This document shows, piece by piece, positions 57,935-64,000 of a DNA stretch of 64,000 bases (positions are counted from its first letter, which is position 1; every line of letters begins with the position of its first letter). The stretch lies in assembly GCF_009914755.1 (NCBI RefSeq), contig NC_060933.1. One strand, 5' to 3'. The DNA comes from the human T2T-CHM13v2.0 reference genome, Homo sapiens. The notes under the pieces were generated by a model. The model ran no database searches. It was not told where the DNA came from and worked only from the letters and a program-made list of their open reading frames with translations. The translations under genes and the position numbers were made by a program.

Positions 57935-59138
57935 CATTGGGCTTGGCAATGGTTTTTTTTGGATATCACACCAAAGGCTCAGGCTACAAAAGCAAAAATA
58001 AATGAAACTACATCGAACTCAGAAGTTTCTTCATAGCAAAGAAAATAATCACCAAATGAAGTGGTAACCTATGAAGTGGAAAAAAGTATTTTTAAACCAC
58101 ATATCTGATAAGGGACTACTATCCAAAATTTATAAAGAACTCTTACAATGCAATAGAATAAAAACAAATGACTCCACTTAAAAATGGGCAAAGGACTTGA
58201 ACAGACATTTCTCCAAAGGAGACATAAAACTGGCCAACAATTATATGAAAAGTTGCTCAACATCACTAATTATCAGGGAAATGCAAATTAAAACCAGTAT
58301 CAGATATTACCTCACAACCATAAGGATGGCTTTTATCAGTAAGACAAGAGATAACAAATGTTGGTGACTGGAGAAAAAGGAACATTAGTACACTGTTCAT
58401 GGGAATAGAGATTGGTACAGCCATTATGGAAAAAAGTATGAACCTTCCTAAACAAATTACAGCAATTCCTCTTTTGGATATATACCCAAAGAAGATGAAA
58501 TCACCACTTTGAAAAGATATCTGAGCTCCCATGTTCACTGCAGTAATATTCATAGTAGCCAAAGTATGGAAACAACGTAAATGTCTGTAGATGAGCAAAT
58601 GGATACAGAAAATGTGGTGTGTGTACACACACACACACATACACACTGGAATATTATTCAGCCTCAAAAAAAGAAGGAAATCCTGCCATTTGCCATAACT
58701 TGGATGGACCTAAAGGACATTGCATTAAGTGAAATAAGCCAGACACATAAATAAAAATATTGCATGATCTCACATATGTGAATTTTTTTAAAAAAAGAAG
58801 TCAAATACACAGAGATAGAGAGTGAAACCATGTTTATCATCAGTGGGGGTGGGGGCGAGGAAATTAGGAGCTGTGGGACAAAGGATACAATGTAGCAGAT
58901 ATGTAGATGAACAAGTTTAGAGATTTAATTTACAACATGTGGACTAAAGTTAATAAAATTGTATTATATTAGGGATTTAAAAAAATAAGTAGATTTTAGC
59001 TGCTTTTGTCATAAAAACAGAAACTACGTAAGATGATAGATATGTTAATCTGCTTCACTATAGTAACATTTTACTATCTATATGTATCCATAATAATGTA
59101 TTGCAAACCTTAAATACATACAATAAAATTTATTTTTA
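57935..59138 (+). mobile_element. L1MA6-8-like 5'-truncated LINE-1
   Basis: ORF2 C-terminal homology and L1MA 3'UTR; 14-bp TSD aaaagtctattgga 57921-57934 / 59139-59152. Confidence 0.92.
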
Positions 59139-62124
59139 AAAAGTCTATTGGAAAATAACATTAGGTTTCTAGAAATTTTATCAACATTCTCAAGGATATT
59201 AAAGTTATCTCAGAAAATTCCCCAAGGACAAACTGAGAGTTACATTTTCCTAAACAGATGGAATTTTTCCATTAGAGAAATGACTCTGGCATTCCATTAG
59301 GAAGAGACTGAACAATGTGATCATAAATATATGTAGCCCCAAATCCCTACCTTGAATGATAGAGGCTAAACTTTCCAAAAGTGAATTCTGTGCTTATAGC
59401 TATTTCTCAAAGCCAATCCCTGGAGACTTACGGTGTAGATTTATGAATCATGTAGGGCAAAGGGTGGTTCCAAACAGGAAATAAAAGAGACCATGAACGG
59501 ATAACATATGCATTTTTTCAGGCCAAAATTCCATTGTTTAGATTTGCATGAAGATAATGGGTATAAAACTGACATTGACATCAGCCTCAGCATTATGAGT
59601 ATGGGCCTCCTAGGAGTTGAAGCTGAAAGCTCCCCATAATCTTTGAGCAGCATGCTGAATTACTTGTCTCCGGCACCTCGCTAACGGAATTTCTTATCTT
59701 TCTTTTATTTTCAAAAGCTCAGTGCTTTCAGGATGCTGATCTAATATTGGGGTTATTTGTCACCAAAATCAGTTTATAAAATGTATTTTGTTCTTCAATG
59801 AAAACACATCTGCTGTATACCTAATAAAGAGCTCAGCATAGAGATTAAAAAAAAAGAAGCTAGTACTACTTATTTCACTGCTTTTATTAGTGGGATCATA
59901 ATTATTTTTAGGAAAAGTTTTTAATTTAAGGGGATGTCTACACACTAAATAAAGGATTGTTAATATGCTAGAAATTATTCCAAAACATATGTTGCCATTT
60001 GATTCAGTTCTTTAGTCTGATTTTTTTTTAAGTAGGTATCGTTTAGTAAAGTCAAGTGTTTACACTGAAGGGAGTTCCATGGAGCCACTGGATTTGGATT
60101 TTCAATAAGTTGAAAAGAATCATGAAAACATTTGCAAATCATCTACTTGGCTAGGAATCTTTGTGGAGTGAAAGTGGTGCAACTGTATGTGGCAACCCAG
60201 TGCTTATTTTTTCTGTTAATACAATAAATAATAGCTAATCTAGAAAAAAAATGTATGAGCCAAAAAGGAGACTGGCCTGGGCACACAGAATTCCATTTCT
60301 GAACTTCAATTTCTTTTTCTCCTCCTTATAGGATTTTTTTTTGAGGACTAAATGAGATAATATATGTGACTATACATAATATAATTGCAAAATACTATGC
60401 AAAAAGGCAATGTGATTATTTGGCTTTCTAATTTTCTACAAATTTGGAAAATAAAATTCTCTTGCTAGAAGGAAGAAATAGAATGGCAAAATAATGTTAA
60501 AAATCATTTGTCTTTTTGTTGTTTGGAATCTCTTTTCTGTTGATTTTCCACTGACTCTCTAGGATGATTTAATCTCGCCAGAGCAAAAGGTAGATCACTT
60601 TTTAAAAGACTTACTATAAATGAAAGTTAAGGTATGGGTAAGAAAATTTGTAACTTAATAGGGACAAAAGTAAGAAAAAGGTCAAGAAGTGAATGGCAGT
60701 GAAAATAGAGGTATTTCAAAGTGAAATTAACACACTGAATTTAATAATTTCACATTGTTAAAAGAGGAAAATATTACTACACAATTATCAAATTACACAT
60801 GTGATCTGATTGACTTAGTACTGAATGGTATTTCATTGAAATGCACGTATTCCAATGGCTCATTGTAGAAATTATATAAACTTTCCTTCCATTGTATGCT
60901 CTGGGTTTGTTCCAAAGACCATGCGTTAGCTTCTTTTAGGGCATAAACTTTATAGATTTTAAACTTCATTTATTTCCCTCTATAAGTCTCATAAGGGAAG
61001 TCTTTCTCTCTGTTTTCCCAACAAGAATAACTTTTTATCTTAAGCGAATGCTTCCCCAGCAATTCAATACTGAAATCAGCATTTTAATCACTGTAAATGG
61101 ATTCTTCCACATTTGTACCATAGTGTTCAAATATGGCATCTAAGTATGAATCTTACTTAAAAAAAAAAAAAGAGAATGAAAATATGACCTAAAGGGAAAG
61201 GACAGAAAAAAAAATAAAAAACTCCACAATCATCATCTTATAAATTTGTTTTTATAACTTCTGGGATAAAGGGTTTCTAAAATACTTCTATCTCACCTAT
61301 CTAGTTCATTCCTATCTGCAAGTTCACTGTTTTCTTTTTCTAGATTATCAATTCATATTTAGCAACCTGCATGTCTTTAGAATATAAATATAGCTAAATA
61401 TTATTTATTTTCCTTATTTTTACAATATTCAGAACTGCTTATATTCAGAAGCTCCTTTTTGAGACTATTCACATGTAAATCACTACCCAGCAAACATTAT
61501 GTTTTTGGCTAATAATGTAGCTTCCATAAGATAATGTGGTCTCTCTGCATAGGGATACACTCTAGGGCTGACATTTGAGATTGTTGAAGTGGATCATCAA
61601 TTAACCTCACTTAACAATGAGTTGAATCATACCATGTTCTATTACTCTTTAATGTACTGTGGAAAAAAATCTATTTGATGGGATACACTTTTTCTTTTTT
61701 TCATAAATCATTTTTTCTTTAGTCTGTTTTCATCATGAGTTATTTAACATTTTAGTGGCTTTTCATCACACTAGTAATATTGTGATTAGCAATAATTAGA
61801 ATGGCCAAAATTAACCTACCTGGATGTGAATGAAATCAACCTTCTTTATATCATGAAAATTTCATTGAGTTATTCTAGCTTGAAGAGATACAGATGAAAA
61901 TAAAATGCTTCACTAGAAATTATATTAGATGACAATGTCAAATAAGTAGGGAAAAAAACCTCTGATGCCAGTCAAAAATATACTCAATTTATAATTTTCC
62001 ACCCTTACCTCTTATGTTTTCCTGTAGTAATAGCAAGAGTCTCAACCCGAGTTAGTGTTCAATACGTTTTCTCTTAAGTGACTTTTTTGTGTTTAGGAAA
62101 TGTGTTATTTATTTTATACATTTT

Positions 62125-62427
62125 CTTCCCCCTCCCCCCGCTTTTGTTTTGGAGAAAAAGTCTCACTCTCTGGCCCAGGCTGGAGTGTAATCACACATCA
62201 CTGCAACCTTGAACTTCTGGGCTCAAGCAATCCTCCTGCCTCAGCCTCCAGGGAAGCTAGGACTGCATGTGTGCTCCACCATGCCTGGCTAATTTTTTTT
62301 TCTTTTTTACTTTTTGTAGAGACAGGGTCTCATTATGTTGCCAAGGCTGAGCTCAAACTCCTGGCCTTAAAGATCCTCCCACCTCCACCTCCCAAAGCAC
62401 TGGGATTACAGGCATGAGTGCCCAGCC
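62125..62427 (-). mobile_element. AluJ(o/r)-like, within a degenerate MIR
   Basis: gggctcaagcaatcctcctgcc; ctcattatgttgccaagg. Confidence 0.92.
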
Positions 62428-64000
62428 AATTTTATATACTTTCTTAATCTCATCTTTACTATAACTATCTAATCTAGGTATTATCATTGCTTTTTTACAT
62501 GTGAAAAAGAGGTTCAAAGAAATTAATTCATATTTTTAGTAAGTTTTATATCTGAGTCATACACTCAGATCAAAAGACCAATATTTTAAAATTCCAAATG
62601 AACTTCTTACACTGCAAATATATTTCTAAATAGTGGCAATTTCTATACTATAACGTATATTTAGTATGTGTGTGTTCTACTTAATATAGAACATCATTTA
62701 AAAACTACATGTGTATATTGGAAGAGCCTATTTTTTAAGTCCTAACTGCAGTGACATCATAAAAACAATACAAAGACATGTAATTTTTATTGAGTGAGAT
62801 ATTAAATGTATTAAATACAGTTTTTATTAAAGTTAAAATTTTAATTTATCAATCTACTTTCAAACATTTTATAAATTTTTAGTACAATTACTGGCATTTA
62901 ATGAAACCTGGATCATAAAATGTGCCCTAAGCGGAAAGGTAAAGAACAGAAATGAATTGTTTTTTAAAAAATAAATAAGTACGATGAATCTTTAATAACA
63001 AGAACCTCCAATTTTGATAGTTATGCTTCCTCTCCACATATATCAATATAAAAAAATTTAAATTATTTGAAGCTTAACACAAAATGATAAAGCATCATAC
63101 TGATGGAAATTGAAACCTAAATTATGAGCTGTTCTGAAACATACAATAAATTCCTTGGGATGAGACGACTTCTAGAAGCACAAGCAAGGAAGCAGTGGTA
63201 AAATCCATTTTTCTTCTGACTTCTCAGGCACATTAGGCTAATTCCAGAAATAGATTCAGTCAGTTGGCAAGTTAACCTCTCACTCTTGTCACAGAAGTCA
63301 TCTGCAGCCTTGAGTTTAACTGTTTTCTTTCTTCCTGGTCTTGGTCCTTTATGTAGTAGCCCAGTATTTATGGTGCCACTTGGGAAATTTATCTATGATA
63401 AGAATGTACCTCTGAAAAGCATTTATTTTACAAAGCTTGGATGTGGGAATCATATATTACATAAAATCTCTTTAATTCTTTTAACATGGATTCCTTTTTC
63501 TACCATGGAGTACACTAAGTCACTCATTTGATGGTTTTGTGTTTACAATCTTATTTGCTCAGGACCCATTTTATTTGGGCTTTGGAAATGATTGAATCAA
63601 GTTGGAGGAAAATTTACTTTTGATCCATTTAATTCTAACCTTTCTTGCAAGCTCAATTTTTAGAATCTAGTTCAATGGGCTGAAAGAAAAACATCTCGCA
63701 ACAGACAGTTTATTTCTTGTGCGATCAGAAATGCTAACAGTAAATATGAGCATATTTACTTTAAAAATTTAGATTTGAAATACATATTGTTTAGAATTTC
63801 AGAAGTTTTTAGGAGAACAACTATCTTACATACCAAGAATATACTAGGCATATGTATGCATTTATAAATGTTGTTGATAAATACTATTTTGTGGCAGAAC
63901 TAGATGATTGGATGCTTTATTCAATATAAAAATTTTTATGTCTCATATACTGTAATGAAGCTACAACTTATTTAAAACACATTCTGATACTTAACCTTTA

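Overview
Primate (very likely human) AT-rich, CpG-depleted nuclear DNA, either intergenic or deep intronic. I can support no host protein-coding exon, RNA gene or CpG island. The recognisable ORFs in the track are decayed LINE-1 ORF2/3'UTR pieces, Alu-derived frames or microsatellite read-throughs; the rest are short and resemble nothing I recognise. Roughly half the window is transposon-derived: 13 Alus (J/S/Y-like), about 10 L1 insertions from L1PA3/4-like to L1ME, many MIR and L2 fragments, one L3/CR1 relic, MLT1 LTR pieces and MER DNA-transposon relics. Subfamily names are by-eye and need RepeatMasker/Dfam. I found no new multi-gene system. The most interesting signals are mechanistic scars. 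(1) An unidentified ~250-bp polyadenylated retro-insert with an 11-bp TSD (1805-2056). (2) A once full-length L1PA7/8 whose 5'UTR is fused to mid-ORF2 over a 4-bp microhomology and which hosts a younger L1 whose poly(A) tail position is a 360-bp unbroken purine/pyrimidine alternation. (3) A ~130-bp locally templated insertion with a perfect 23-bp inverted repeat inside an L1MA (22057-22191). (4) One clear and one probable twin-priming 5'-inverted L1.
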